Below, one piece after another: positions 8,654 through 17,605 of a stretch of DNA of 64,000 nt. Source of the stretch: a virus. The first letter of the stretch is position 1; each line of letters begins with the position of its first letter. The notes under the pieces are model-generated. The model did no database searches. It was not told the origin of the DNA and worked only from the letters and a program-made list of their open reading frames with translations. The position numbers and the translations under genes are program-made. The stretch covers positions 1-64,000 of the IMG/VR virus record IMGVR_UViG_3300025929_000001. One strand, written 5' to 3'.

Positions 8654-8866
8654 ATGAGTCGCATAATAAAATACCACTACTACGCATTCAAAGAGATCGC
8701 GCCGGGGCAAATGATGCATTGGGATGGGATTGCAAACTACCGTCAACCAATTCAAACCCAAGAAGATTTTGATGCGCTAAAAATGCTGATTGGCGGCGAG
8801 CAATTTGCCCCGGGCATGATTATCGCTAACCTGTCGGTGCTGTCTGACGTCTTGCTGGAGGACTAA
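8654..8866 (+). CDS. hypothetical protein
   Basis: AGGAG SD. Confidence 0.65.
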   Translation: MSRIIKYHYYAFKEIAPGQMMHWDGIANYRQPIQTQEDFDALKMLIGGEQFAPGMIIANLSVLSDVLLED

Positions 8867-8868
8867 TA

Positions 8869-9360
8869 ATGAAAAACTATCTGCTCAACAAGCTCGCCAA
8901 ATTCCTTGCACGTCCGGCCGTTGCAAACTACCTGATCGAACGTTCGTACAATACGCCATACCGTCACCTCGACGGTTACATGAACCGCTACTGGTTGTTC
9001 AACCCATACGAAGAGATGGGTCAACTGCGTCGGTTTAAGTGGTGCCCATTCTCCATTCGCGTGCATCACATACTGCGTGCAGATAATGCAGACCATCAGC
9101 ATGATCATCCGTGGGACGCACGCACCTTTATTCTGCGCGGTGGCTATTGCGAGAAACGCGAAGATAAAGAGTTCCTCCGTTGGGCAGGTGACACCGCAAC
9201 CGTATTGTTCAACGAGTACCATCATATATCACACGTTACACCCGGCGGCGTATTTACGTTGTTTGTGACGTTTAAATATCGCGGGACTTGGGGCTTTAAA
9301 GTCGACGGGGTTAAAGTGCCCTGGAAGAAGTACATCGCTGAACATCCGGAGCGTTCATAA
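8869..9360 (+). CDS. cupin-fold protein
   Basis: YMNRYWL...RVHHILRAD...HDHPW...ILRGGY.E...HHI...TLF...WGF. Confidence 0.75.
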   Translation: MKNYLLNKLAKFLARPAVANYLIERSYNTPYRHLDGYMNRYWLFNPYEEMGQLRRFKWCPFSIRVHHILRADNADHQHDHPWDARTFILRGGYCEKREDKEFLRWAGDTATVLFNEYHHISHVTPGGVFTLFVTFKYRGTWGFKVDGVKVPWKKYIAEHPERS

Positions 9361-9794
9361 TGACCGTTATTGTGTGGGACGGCTACCGACTTGCTGCGGA
9401 TAAGCGTGCAACATCCAACGGCAACCGACGCACTATTACTAAGATCAGGCGTCACGGGCACGAGTTGCTCGGCTTTAGCGGTGATCTTTGTCAAGCGTTA
9501 ACGCTGCAACAATGGTACATGGACGGTGCAATACCTCATGAATTTCCCAAGCAATGTGAAGAAGGCAATCAGACTTTGGTTGTCATCGGTGCAAAGCGGG
9601 AAATTATGTGCTACGTCGCATGTCCGTACCCGGAAGTCTACGAAGAATCCTATCACGCATGGGGTAGTGGACGCGACTACGCCTTAGCAGCTATGTTCTT
9701 AGGTCAGAACGCGATTGAAGCTGTGCGCATTGCGTCCCATTTCCAAGTGGATTGCGGAGATGGTTACGACGTTTTACCACATGGGGAAGAATAA
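9360..9794 (+). CDS. Ntn-hydrolase (proteasome-beta/HslV-like) peptidase
   Basis: N-terminal (M)T nucleophile, LAADKRAT, KI, GFSGD, AWGSG..YAL.AM. Confidence 0.75.
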   Translation: MTVIVWDGYRLAADKRATSNGNRRTITKIRRHGHELLGFSGDLCQALTLQQWYMDGAIPHEFPKQCEEGNQTLVVIGAKREIMCYVACPYPEVYEESYHAWGSGRDYALAAMFLGQNAIEAVRIASHFQVDCGDGYDVLPHGEE

Positions 9795-10075
9795 TGATTA
9801 TCCAACCACAAAAAGGCCTGGGCATCTTTGTGCGTGCAGACAGGGTCGACGAAATAACAGTGTGTGGTGAATTCGCACACATTTACATGGCAAGTGGCCA
9901 CACGCACTACATTCCGCAAGACAAAGGCAGTACAGCGCATGAAACCGCTATACGCATTCAGAAAATGGTGAACGACGTGCTTAAGGGTGAGAATCTCATC
10001 AGTAAAGACGAAATCTTCCACAGCCGTGTCGGTCAAACCGTATTTCCTTTTGGGGCCGCTCCGGACCATCCATGA
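9794..10075 (+). CDS. hypothetical protein
   Basis: TAATG-coupled ORF. Confidence 0.6.
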   Translation: MIIQPQKGLGIFVRADRVDEITVCGEFAHIYMASGHTHYIPQDKGSTAHETAIRIQKMVNDVLKGENLISKDEIFHSRVGQTVFPFGAAPDHP

Positions 10076-10602
10076 AACAATTACTTCCAGCATTGTTACT
10101 GCTGCCCACATTGGCGTTCGGAGTCGACTGTGAAACTATCACGTATAGCACAATCCCTAAACCTGCTGTATCCAAACCGCGACGAGTTAGCCCTCATATG
10201 GGCGTCCCGCATGTACGAGCCAAGACCGTACCCCGAGCGAAGGTTCTGGCACCGCGAGTTACACGAACTGTATCTCGCTTTGACTGCCCTCCTCCCCATT
10301 CCGATGCGAATCCACCTCCAATTCCAGGGCTTCCCCCTTACATTGGTACTCCGCCTGTTTGGGGTTATCCGTACCCTATGCCGGAACCGACCGGACCTCA
10401 ACCTATTTGGCCCGGGACTCCTGACGATTTCCCACCTCAAACCACAATACCACCATATGGCTCTGGGCCCCCATGGATACCAACTCCAGGCAATCCCTCA
10501 CCTCCTATGGGGACGCCGCCTGTCGACGTACCCGAACCCCCGACCATAAGCATCTTTTTATTTGGCTTGGCTTTAATGCTAGCTAGGAGATTTATCAAAT
10601 GA
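10072..10602 (+). CDS. secreted proline-rich protein with C-terminal PEP-CTERM sorting signal
   Basis: signal peptide MKQLLPALLLLPTLAFG; C-terminus VPEPPTISIFLFGLALMLARRFIK (VPEP, TM helix, basic tail); ATGA-coupled on both sides. Confidence 0.85.
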   Translation: MKQLLPALLLLPTLAFGVDCETITYSTIPKPAVSKPRRVSPHMGVPHVRAKTVPRAKVLAPRVTRTVSRFDCPPPHSDANPPPIPGLPPYIGTPPVWGYPYPMPEPTGPQPIWPGTPDDFPPQTTIPPYGSGPPWIPTPGNPSPPMGTPPVDVPEPPTISIFLFGLALMLARRFIK

Positions 10603-11147
10603 GTAACCCAACGACATTTAGATTACCCATGCTGCTCAAAATGGCGCACAGTCCGGTTAAGAACTACATAATACCGGGCGTCACCAGTAGTTTGATTGGC
10701 GGCAATCCTGGGCCTGGTGGCTGCATACGTTTATTCGAATGCGAACGTGATCATCAAGAAAACGTCACCCCGCATAGCCACCGGTTCGAGTTCCAATGTT
10801 GGGTACTTCAGGGGAGTGTTACCAATCGCATTTGGACAACTGATTCTATACACAGTACCAGTGCTGACTTATTTGAACTGACGGAAATAAAGTTCGACGG
10901 CATGGGGAAGTACGAGCGCGTGACATCTGCGCGTGCAAAATATAGCTATGAGGATAAGACTTATAATCAGGGTGATTGGTATCGCATGACAGCAGCACAA
11001 ATCCACTCGATTAAATTCTCTCGCGGCGCAATTGTGCTGTTCTTCGAAGGTCCCACGGAATTCGCCACATCGTATATTCTGGAACCAGTGGTGGACGGGA
11101 TAGTCATACCCACGTTCAAAACCGAGCCCTGGATGTTCAAAAAATAG
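10599..11147 (+). CDS. cupin-fold protein
   Basis: PHSHRFEF...VLQGSVTN...Y.M....IHSI.F....VLF.EG. Confidence 0.7.
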   Translation: MSNPTTFRLPMLLKMAHSPVKNYIIPGVTSSLIGGNPGPGGCIRLFECERDHQENVTPHSHRFEFQCWVLQGSVTNRIWTTDSIHSTSADLFELTEIKFDGMGKYERVTSARAKYSYEDKTYNQGDWYRMTAAQIHSIKFSRGAIVLFFEGPTEFATSYILEPVVDGIVIPTFKTEPWMFKK

Positions 11148-11157
11148 GAGCAATGCC

Positions 11158-11370
11158 ATGAAAGAGTACAACGACTATGTCCGCAACTGCGTGATATTTA
11201 GAAGCCAGCGCGATAAAGATAATAACTTGGAAATATTCGAGTATAAAGACAACCTCGTAATCCCACATCTTGACGGATATCTGATTACGCCCGTGGAATG
11301 CTACATTGAGCCAACACCCTGGAACTTGATTCGCACAGGTTTCAAAATGCTGATCGCGAGGTTCAAATGA
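11158..11370 (+). CDS. hypothetical protein
   Basis: AGGAG SD. Confidence 0.6.
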   Translation: MKEYNDYVRNCVIFRSQRDKDNNLEIFEYKDNLVIPHLDGYLITPVECYIEPTPWNLIRTGFKMLIARFK

Positions 11371-11960
11371 TCGAACTTAAACCATGCCCGTTCTGCGGTA
11401 GCGAAGCTGTCTGCAAATATGATAGCGGGAACGAAGTCTGGAACCAGTCCTGGCAATGCAAGTGTTCTAAATGCGATGTACCAACCGCTAAATTTTTCGG
11501 CTCCAATAGTTGGGCTAGAAATAAGAAAGAAGATGCTAGCGCCGAACGTCAAGCAATTGAAGTTTGGAACCAACGCGCACCCGTAGCGCAGCAGGAGCCG
11601 GGCGCATGGCTATACGTTTGCTCAAAACCGGGAAAGCGAACGGTCTACGCCAGCGTTGACGAGAATGACACCGGCCATTGGCCGCTCGACCAGTGGACGA
11701 CCGTAACGAAACATCCACTCTATGCCGCACCCGTCGCAGCGCAAGCCGAGCAGGTGTACGAATCAGGTTGCTATACGCCAAGACCGCCAGCCGAGCAGGG
11801 CGAGCGCAAGTCGGTACAGGATGATATTTGCAATGCCTGCCCGGATGCTTATGCATGCATGTACAAGTGCCGGTGCAAGCTCAATGACGTTCCGATGCGC
11901 AAGTTGTTGCGCCTTGCCGCACCCGCAGCGCCAGCCGAGCAGGGCGAGCGCAAGTCATGA
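11367..11960 (+). CDS. Lar-family (restriction alleviation-like) mosaic protein
   Basis: LKPCPFCG...CSKC...AIEVWNQR, followed by linker-joined modules. Confidence 0.7.
   Translation: MIELKPCPFCGSEAVCKYDSGNEVWNQSWQCKCSKCDVPTAKFFGSNSWARNKKEDASAERQAIEVWNQRAPVAQQEPGAWLYVCSKPGKRTVYASVDENDTGHWPLDQWTTVTKHPLYAAPVAAQAEQVYESGCYTPRPPAEQGERKSVQDDICNACPDAYACMYKCRCKLNDVPMRKLLRLAAPAAPAEQGERKS
11785..11956 (+). repeat. exact 28-bp direct repeat CGCCAGCCGAGCAGGGCGAGCGCAAGTC (11785-11812 and 11929-11956)
   Basis: read directly; encodes PAEQGERKS twice. Confidence 0.9.
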
Positions 11961-12526
11961 TTGAAAATCTACCTGATGAAAAATGGTTATATGTCGCAGG
12001 CTATGAAGGTAGATATCTAGTCAGCAACATGGGGCGCGTAATGTCTTTAGCCCGCAGCGAACCAAAGATACTAAAACCTTTGCCTAATAGCATGGGGTAT
12101 CCACAAGTGGGACTTTGTAAGGACGGATTGCGCAAAGCGTTCCTAATTCATAGGCTCGTCGTGACTGCTTTTAATCCAATTGCAGAACCTGATCTTTTTG
12201 AAGTAAACCATAAGAATTTCATTATTACGGACGCAAGACTGGAAAACTTAGAATGGTGCACACATGAAGAGAACCTAGCCCATTATTTGCAAAGCGGACG
12301 TGAGTCAGCAGGGTGTGCAGCTCTCTTCGGAGAACATCGAAAAATCATCGGGGCTAATCATCATTTGAGCAAACTAACTGACAACGACGTGCTTGAAATT
12401 CGTCGGTTATGTTCTACACGAAAACATGGAGTTAAACGAGAGGTAGCTAGGAGATATGGTATTAATATAGGCACGCTAGACCAAATTGTTTCCGGCAAAA
12501 CGTGGAAACATCTATTACCAGCATAA
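11957..12526 (+). CDS. NUMOD4-HNH homing endonuclease
   Basis: EKW..V.GYEGRYLVSNMGRV (NUMOD4); IHRLV..AF...EVNHK......LENLEWCT..EN; C-terminal HTH. Confidence 0.9.
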   Translation: MIENLPDEKWLYVAGYEGRYLVSNMGRVMSLARSEPKILKPLPNSMGYPQVGLCKDGLRKAFLIHRLVVTAFNPIAEPDLFEVNHKNFIITDARLENLEWCTHEENLAHYLQSGRESAGCAALFGEHRKIIGANHHLSKLTDNDVLEIRRLCSTRKHGVKREVARRYGINIGTLDQIVSGKTWKHLLPA

Positions 12527-12542
12527 ATGTAAAGGACGAACG

Positions 12543-12959
12543 ATGGACCATTTTGGAATAGGTGCAGCCATACAAACAGCGATAGACATGTACGGTCGTG
12601 CTGCTCGTGGAACTGGACGTACAACTTCGCTATTGGAAAGCGTCAAGACGGGCGACCGTGTTGTGTTTGTCCACATTCAACAAGCCAGAGAATTCGACGA
12701 GCAGTGCAAAGAGTGTGGTATAACCGTGGAGTGTGTGGTCTGCAATCCTGCTGATCCCACTACTTTGTTTGAGCGTGGATCATTGCCCAATGATGGTCGA
12801 ATGTTGTTTGATCACTTCTGGGTAGAGACATTTTACCGAAACGCAATATCAAGCGCTGCTAAAGAAATAGACGCGCTACAAGCACGCTTTTCAGGTTATG
12901 GCGCAAAGCACCGCGAAACAAAGCGCAACGCCATTGAACGCGCTAAATGGAATTTTTAA
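12543..12959 (+). CDS. hypothetical protein (degenerate P-loop-like)
   Basis: AAGGA SD; RGTGRTT...GDRVVF. Confidence 0.65.
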   Translation: MDHFGIGAAIQTAIDMYGRAARGTGRTTSLLESVKTGDRVVFVHIQQAREFDEQCKECGITVECVVCNPADPTTLFERGSLPNDGRMLFDHFWVETFYRNAISSAAKEIDALQARFSGYGAKHRETKRNAIERAKWNF

Positions 12960-12973
12960 CTAGGAGCAATGAA

Positions 12974-13549
12974 ATGACAAGCAAAGATGAATTAATCCGT
13001 GGTGGCCATGCTATCTCTTTCGCGGACACCAAAGTGTATCCGGAAATGCCCAACCCAAGTCAGGCAGAACTGTTTGACCCAATATTCCACCGCATTTGGC
13101 AGGTGATTAAAGATTGGGACATCAATGTGCCTACGCATTACAGCGGATACATGGGCGCCAATGGTTCGCATGCAAAGATGCTACTCGACGCGGTTAAGCC
13201 ACCAGCAGAAGATTACCATGAGCGCGTATTACGCGTCGTCGAAGAACTGGTTGGTCACAATCCGGATCCCGGTACCAAGAACGGTGATCTGCTGAATGTG
13301 TTGGCAGATGCTCTAATTCTGTATGAAAATAAGTACTTCCCAATCACTGAGCGAGAAATTGCAAATTCGAAGCATCCACTGGTACGGCGCGGCATCCCGG
13401 GAGGTCTGGTGCCGGTGTATCAATGTCGCATAATAGGGCCAGAAGCGAGTTGGAGTGACGTGACTCCAGAAAAGATAGAAATATATAAGACGAAACCCGA
13501 CTACTTCGCTAAGCTCGAGTTCCGAACACTTTACCGGGGATGGGAGTGA
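12974..13549 (+). CDS. mosaic hypothetical protein containing a HigA N-terminal-like segment
   Basis: EDY...L..VEEL....PDPGT..GD.L.VL...L..YE.KYFPI. Confidence 0.6.
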   Translation: MTSKDELIRGGHAISFADTKVYPEMPNPSQAELFDPIFHRIWQVIKDWDINVPTHYSGYMGANGSHAKMLLDAVKPPAEDYHERVLRVVEELVGHNPDPGTKNGDLLNVLADALILYENKYFPITEREIANSKHPLVRRGIPGGLVPVYQCRIIGPEASWSDVTPEKIEIYKTKPDYFAKLEFRTLYRGWE

Positions 13550-13719
13550 AGACGCGCTGTGTATGTGGTCATCCCGAGAACGAAACGATAGTGCATCGGG
13601 AGAATGGTGGATGCTACAGCAAAGGTGGGGATCAACCGCCACAGAAGATCCCCGTTTCCAATACGTTGTGGTCTGAAAAGGAAACAAGCCAAAGGCTTGA
13701 CCCTACAATACCACAATAG
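13546..13719 (+). CDS. small CxCxH protein (57 aa), not in ORF track
   Basis: GTGA overlap; MKTRCVCGHPE...H....C. Confidence 0.45.
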   Translation: MKTRCVCGHPENETIVHRENGGCYSKGGDQPPQKIPVSNTLWSEKETSQRLDPTIPQ

Positions 13720-13855
13720 TTTAAACGCTCGCTAGCGTGTTTTTATACCGGTGCACGCTAGCACACCTCCCCGCTATTAAAAACGCTTGCCCGCGCTGTT
13801 TTGTACCCTGCCGCGTGCGTTTTACACTACCCGCAGCAACTTCCGCAAATAACGC

Positions 13856-13885
13856 TTGCCTCCCGGTAACAGGCCACAATATACT
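13856..13885 (+). promoter_or_regulatory. sigma70-like promoter for the terminase operon (TTGCCT-18-TATACT)
   Basis: hexamers upstream of the terS RBS (GGAG). Confidence 0.55.
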
Positions 13886-13917
13886 CCATGCTATATTAAA
13901 TGCATCTGGAGTATTTC

Positions 13918-14442
13918 ATGTCGGAAGACTATTTCGGACCAATCGGCGAGCCTGAAGAAGGCCCGGAGCTAACCTTTCGTGAGAAAGCGTTACGCGACCA
14001 ATTTGTCGGCGAATATTTGACCGATTACAGCCCTTTGGCCGCTGCAATCCGCATCGGCTATCCCAAAGCATACGCAAAAGAGATGGCAGCGCGGTTCATG
14101 GAAGAACCGTATGTCCTGAAAAAAATCCGCGAGCAAGAATCTACCAGCGAAGATGTAAGCCCGGACGTCATGAAGAAACGCATCATGGCGGGTCTGGTGC
14201 GCGAAGCAAACGATCGTGGTCCGGGTTCGTCACAAGCAGCACGCGTTGCAGCATTGTCCAAGCTTGCACAGATGCATGGCATGGATGCTCCGCGGCGTAC
14301 AGAAATCACTGGTGCTGACGGCGCACCCCTCGGTGAAGGTGCATTCGTTGTGCCTGGCGTCATTACCATGGAAGAATGGGAACGCGCTGCGGAGCAGCAA
14401 CAGGCTGAGCTCGTTAAACCTGATGCTCCATCGGTTCACTAA
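13918..14442 (+). CDS. terminase small subunit
   Basis: FV.EYL.D....AAAIR.GY HTH; ARVAAL..L...HGM; EITGADGAPL; immediately upstream of terL. Confidence 0.88.
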   Translation: MSEDYFGPIGEPEEGPELTFREKALRDQFVGEYLTDYSPLAAAIRIGYPKAYAKEMAARFMEEPYVLKKIREQESTSEDVSPDVMKKRIMAGLVREANDRGPGSSQAARVAALSKLAQMHGMDAPRRTEITGADGAPLGEGAFVVPGVITMEEWERAAEQQQAELVKPDAPSVH

Positions 14443-15896
14443 TGTCCTCAATTATTTTACCGAGTCAGCAGATAGCCACACCTAGGCGCATTGTCGCTCC
14501 GGTGTGGAAAGCACTGCCTGGCTCACAAAGTCTGTTTTTGCAAAGCCCGATACGAGAAGTCTGTTTTGCTGGAACTCGTGGTCCTGGTAAAACCGATTCA
14601 ATGTTATTCTCTTTTGCGCAATGGTGCGGGCGGGGTTATGGAGATTACTGGCGCGGCGTTATATTTCGACGAAACTACAAACACTTGGATGACATTATCT
14701 CTAAGTCGAAGCGGTGGTTTAATCGTTCAGCACAGAAGCCTCGCTTTCTTGCAGGAAGTTCGAGCCTTAAGTGGGTTTGGCCCACTGGAGAAGAATTGTT
14801 GCTCCGTGCTTTTGAGGACGAGGAAGATTACTGGTCGTACCATGGCCATGAATATCCTTTCGTTGGATGGGAAGAACTTACCAGTTGGGCCAGTATTAAC
14901 TGCTATGAAAGTATGAAGTCTTGCAACCGTTCCTCGTTTCAACCGAGGGAAGGTTTGCCAATGATCCCACGCTGGATTCGCAGCAGCACGAATCCCTATG
15001 GTGTGGGCCACAATTGGGTGAAGAACTACTTTATTGATCCGGCACCTTATGGAAAAGTCATCTCAGACAAGGACGGAAACAAACGTGTGGCCCTATTCGG
15101 TTCGGTCAAGGAGAATCCATACCTTGGCGAGGACTACATCAAAACTCTCCAGTCCATCACAGACCCCAACAAACGCAAAGCCTGGCTCGAAGGTAGTTGG
15201 GACATTACTTCTGGCGGCATGTTTGACGATCTTTGGGACGCCAAGAAGCACATTGTCAAGCCCTTCAAAATACCTGCGTCGTGGAAGATTGATCGCTCCT
15301 TCGATTGGGGGTCATCGAAACCTTTCAGTGTTGGTTGGTGGGCGCAAACCGACGGCACAGATGCTACTATGGCTGACGGCACGCGCCGTTCCTTTCCGCC
15401 GAAAACGCTTATCCGTATTGGCGAATGGTATGGTAGCACCGGTAAGCCAAACGAAGGTCTGCGAATGACTGCTAAGAATGTCGCGCTCGGCATTCTGCAA
15501 CGTGAGATACAAATGGGCATCCAAAACCGTGTACAAGCGGGACCGGCTGACTCTGCGATTTACAACGTAACTGACGACGCGTCTATCGGACAGAACATGG
15601 AGTCCGAAGGTGTGTTTTGGAACTTGGCTGATAAAAAGGCCGGTAGCCGTAAAAACGGTTGGGAACTGATGCGCGATCGTTTCTCCGCGACCGCGAATGA
15701 TGATGCCGACAAACCCGGCTTGCTCTGCTTTGAGACATGCCGTGACTTTATCCGCACTGTGCCGCCAATTCCGAGGGATGACCGCGACCCGGACGATGTT
15801 AATACTGATGCCGAAGATCATATTTGCGACGACGTGCGTTACCGCGTCCTAGCATCTGATCAGACCGTTAAGAAAATCAAAATTGGTGGATACTAA
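14442..15896 (+). CDS. terminase large subunit
   Basis: Walker A GTRGPGKT, Walker B VGWEEL, STNPYGVGH, nuclease FDWGSSKPF, EDHICDD.RY. Confidence 0.95.
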   Translation: MSSIILPSQQIATPRRIVAPVWKALPGSQSLFLQSPIREVCFAGTRGPGKTDSMLFSFAQWCGRGYGDYWRGVIFRRNYKHLDDIISKSKRWFNRSAQKPRFLAGSSSLKWVWPTGEELLLRAFEDEEDYWSYHGHEYPFVGWEELTSWASINCYESMKSCNRSSFQPREGLPMIPRWIRSSTNPYGVGHNWVKNYFIDPAPYGKVISDKDGNKRVALFGSVKENPYLGEDYIKTLQSITDPNKRKAWLEGSWDITSGGMFDDLWDAKKHIVKPFKIPASWKIDRSFDWGSSKPFSVGWWAQTDGTDATMADGTRRSFPPKTLIRIGEWYGSTGKPNEGLRMTAKNVALGILQREIQMGIQNRVQAGPADSAIYNVTDDASIGQNMESEGVFWNLADKKAGSRKNGWELMRDRFSATANDDADKPGLLCFETCRDFIRTVPPIPRDDRDPDDVNTDAEDHICDDVRYRVLASDQTVKKIKIGGY

Positions 15897-15898
15897 TC

Positions 15899-17464
15899 AT
15901 GCCCGTAAAAAATCAACACCGTCAATATTTGGCGATGAAATCCAAGTGGGACCGCTGCATTCACGTTGCATGTGGCCAAGACAAAATCTACGAAATGGGC
16001 GAGCTGTACTTGCCGCGTCTGCTCAAGCAGAACGACGACCAGTATAAAGCCTACATGATGCGCACGATGTTTTACAATGCGACATGGCGCACCATCGTCG
16101 GTCTGCAAGGTATGATCTTCCGCCGGCCACCGGAATGGGAAGTGCCGGAAACGGTCAAACCCATGATGGACAATGTCGACCTGAAGGGTGCCAATCTGCA
16201 CATGTTCTCTTTGAACTGTGTGGAGCAAGTGCTTACGACCGGGCGTATAGGTATCTTCACTGACTATCCGACGTCGGTGGAAGGGCTTACGCTTGCTGAC
16301 GCAAAGCGCATGAATCTGCGTCCATCCATGTCGATGTACAAAGCGCAGTCCATCATTAACTGGAAGACGCGCACAGTCGGCAATCGCACAATGCTGACGC
16401 TGGTAGTCCTGGCCGAAGAAATCGACGTTGCTAAGGACGAGTTCACCGACACATGCGAAACCCAATACCGCGTACTGGAACTGGTGCCGCAGATTGTAGA
16501 TCTTGGTGTGGTCAAAGACGTGTACCGCGTGCGGGTTATGAAAGTCGTCCCGGATCCTGCTGTGCCAGGCAAAGAGATGGACGTTCAAGTGAGCGTTGCT
16601 TACCCAAAGATTAATGGTGAGTACCTCGAAGAAATCCCGTTCCAGTTTGTTGGTGTTGACGACAACAGTCCAGAAATCGACGAGCCGCCAATGATCGACT
16701 TGGTGGACGTCAACCTTGCTCACTACCGCGTGTCGGCCGATTACGAGCATGGTTGCCATTTCACCGGTTTGCCCACACCGGTCGTTTCCGGTTACACGGA
16801 AGATGCCGACGCTGAGTCGTTCAACATTGGCAGCTCAGAAGCATGGGTGTTCCGCAATCCCAACGCGAAAGCAACCTATCTCGAGTTCACCGGTCAAGGA
16901 CTTAGTGCACTGGAGCGCAACCTCGACAAGAAGGAAGGCTATATGGCCGTCCTGGGCGCTCGCATGCTGGAAGCGCAGCAAACCGGTCACGTTGAAGCTG
17001 CGGACACTGTGACCATACGTCGCGGTGGTGAACAGTCGATGCTGGCTAGTGTGGCCCAAGCTATATCGATCGGCATCCTGCAAGCGCTCAAAACCTTCTG
17101 CCGTTTTGCTAACGCAGACGACAAAGGTGTTAGGTTCGCGCTGAACAAGGACTTCTTCCCTGTACCGATGGACTCGCTGGAGCTCACCGCATACGTCGCT
17201 GCATGGCAGAACCAAGCTATCAGCTACGACACTCTGCATCGTAAGATGAAGCGTGCAGACGTTGTGGACTTCGAAAGCACCGTGGAGGAGGAGCTTAAGA
17301 AAATTAAAGACAACCCGCCACCAGTGCAAGAGTCGGCAGTTCCAACGACACCCGGTAATGTGAAAAAGCAGAAGGGTGACGCGGCAGCAAAAGGTCCAAA
17401 AATGAAGAATAGTCCTACAACACTGGCTCCGACGCAAACTCAGCTACAAAAGGGCAACGGTTAA
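15899..17464 (+). CDS. portal protein (DUF4055-type)
   Basis: YLPRL...Y..Y..R..FYN, IINW, IPF.F.G, PP..DL..VN..HYR.SADYE. Confidence 0.9.
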   Translation: MPVKNQHRQYLAMKSKWDRCIHVACGQDKIYEMGELYLPRLLKQNDDQYKAYMMRTMFYNATWRTIVGLQGMIFRRPPEWEVPETVKPMMDNVDLKGANLHMFSLNCVEQVLTTGRIGIFTDYPTSVEGLTLADAKRMNLRPSMSMYKAQSIINWKTRTVGNRTMLTLVVLAEEIDVAKDEFTDTCETQYRVLELVPQIVDLGVVKDVYRVRVMKVVPDPAVPGKEMDVQVSVAYPKINGEYLEEIPFQFVGVDDNSPEIDEPPMIDLVDVNLAHYRVSADYEHGCHFTGLPTPVVSGYTEDADAESFNIGSSEAWVFRNPNAKATYLEFTGQGLSALERNLDKKEGYMAVLGARMLEAQQTGHVEAADTVTIRRGGEQSMLASVAQAISIGILQALKTFCRFANADDKGVRFALNKDFFPVPMDSLELTAYVAAWQNQAISYDTLHRKMKRADVVDFESTVEEELKKIKDNPPPVQESAVPTTPGNVKKQKGDAAAKGPKMKNSPTTLAPTQTQLQKGNG

Positions 17465-17498
17465 TAAAAATATTTCTTATGGATACGCACTAAACTCG

Positions 17499-17527
17499 TT
17501 GCATTCGGTAAATGGACGCAATATAAT
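17499..17527 (+). promoter_or_regulatory. promoter for scaffold/capsid (TTGCAT-17-TATAAT)
   Basis: near-consensus hexamers with AT-rich upstream sequence. Confidence 0.75.
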
Positions 17528-17605
17528 TGGTGCGTATTCGTAATCTGATTAAGTCAGATTCTATTAACCGCGACTAAGTCGCTTCACATTCCCGAGGGGA
17601 TCAAG

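Noticed and set aside
13737-13955. 72-aa ORF across the terS upstream region
   Set aside because: No RBS; it overlaps the promoter and the GA-free element. Absence of TGA partly explains the open frame.
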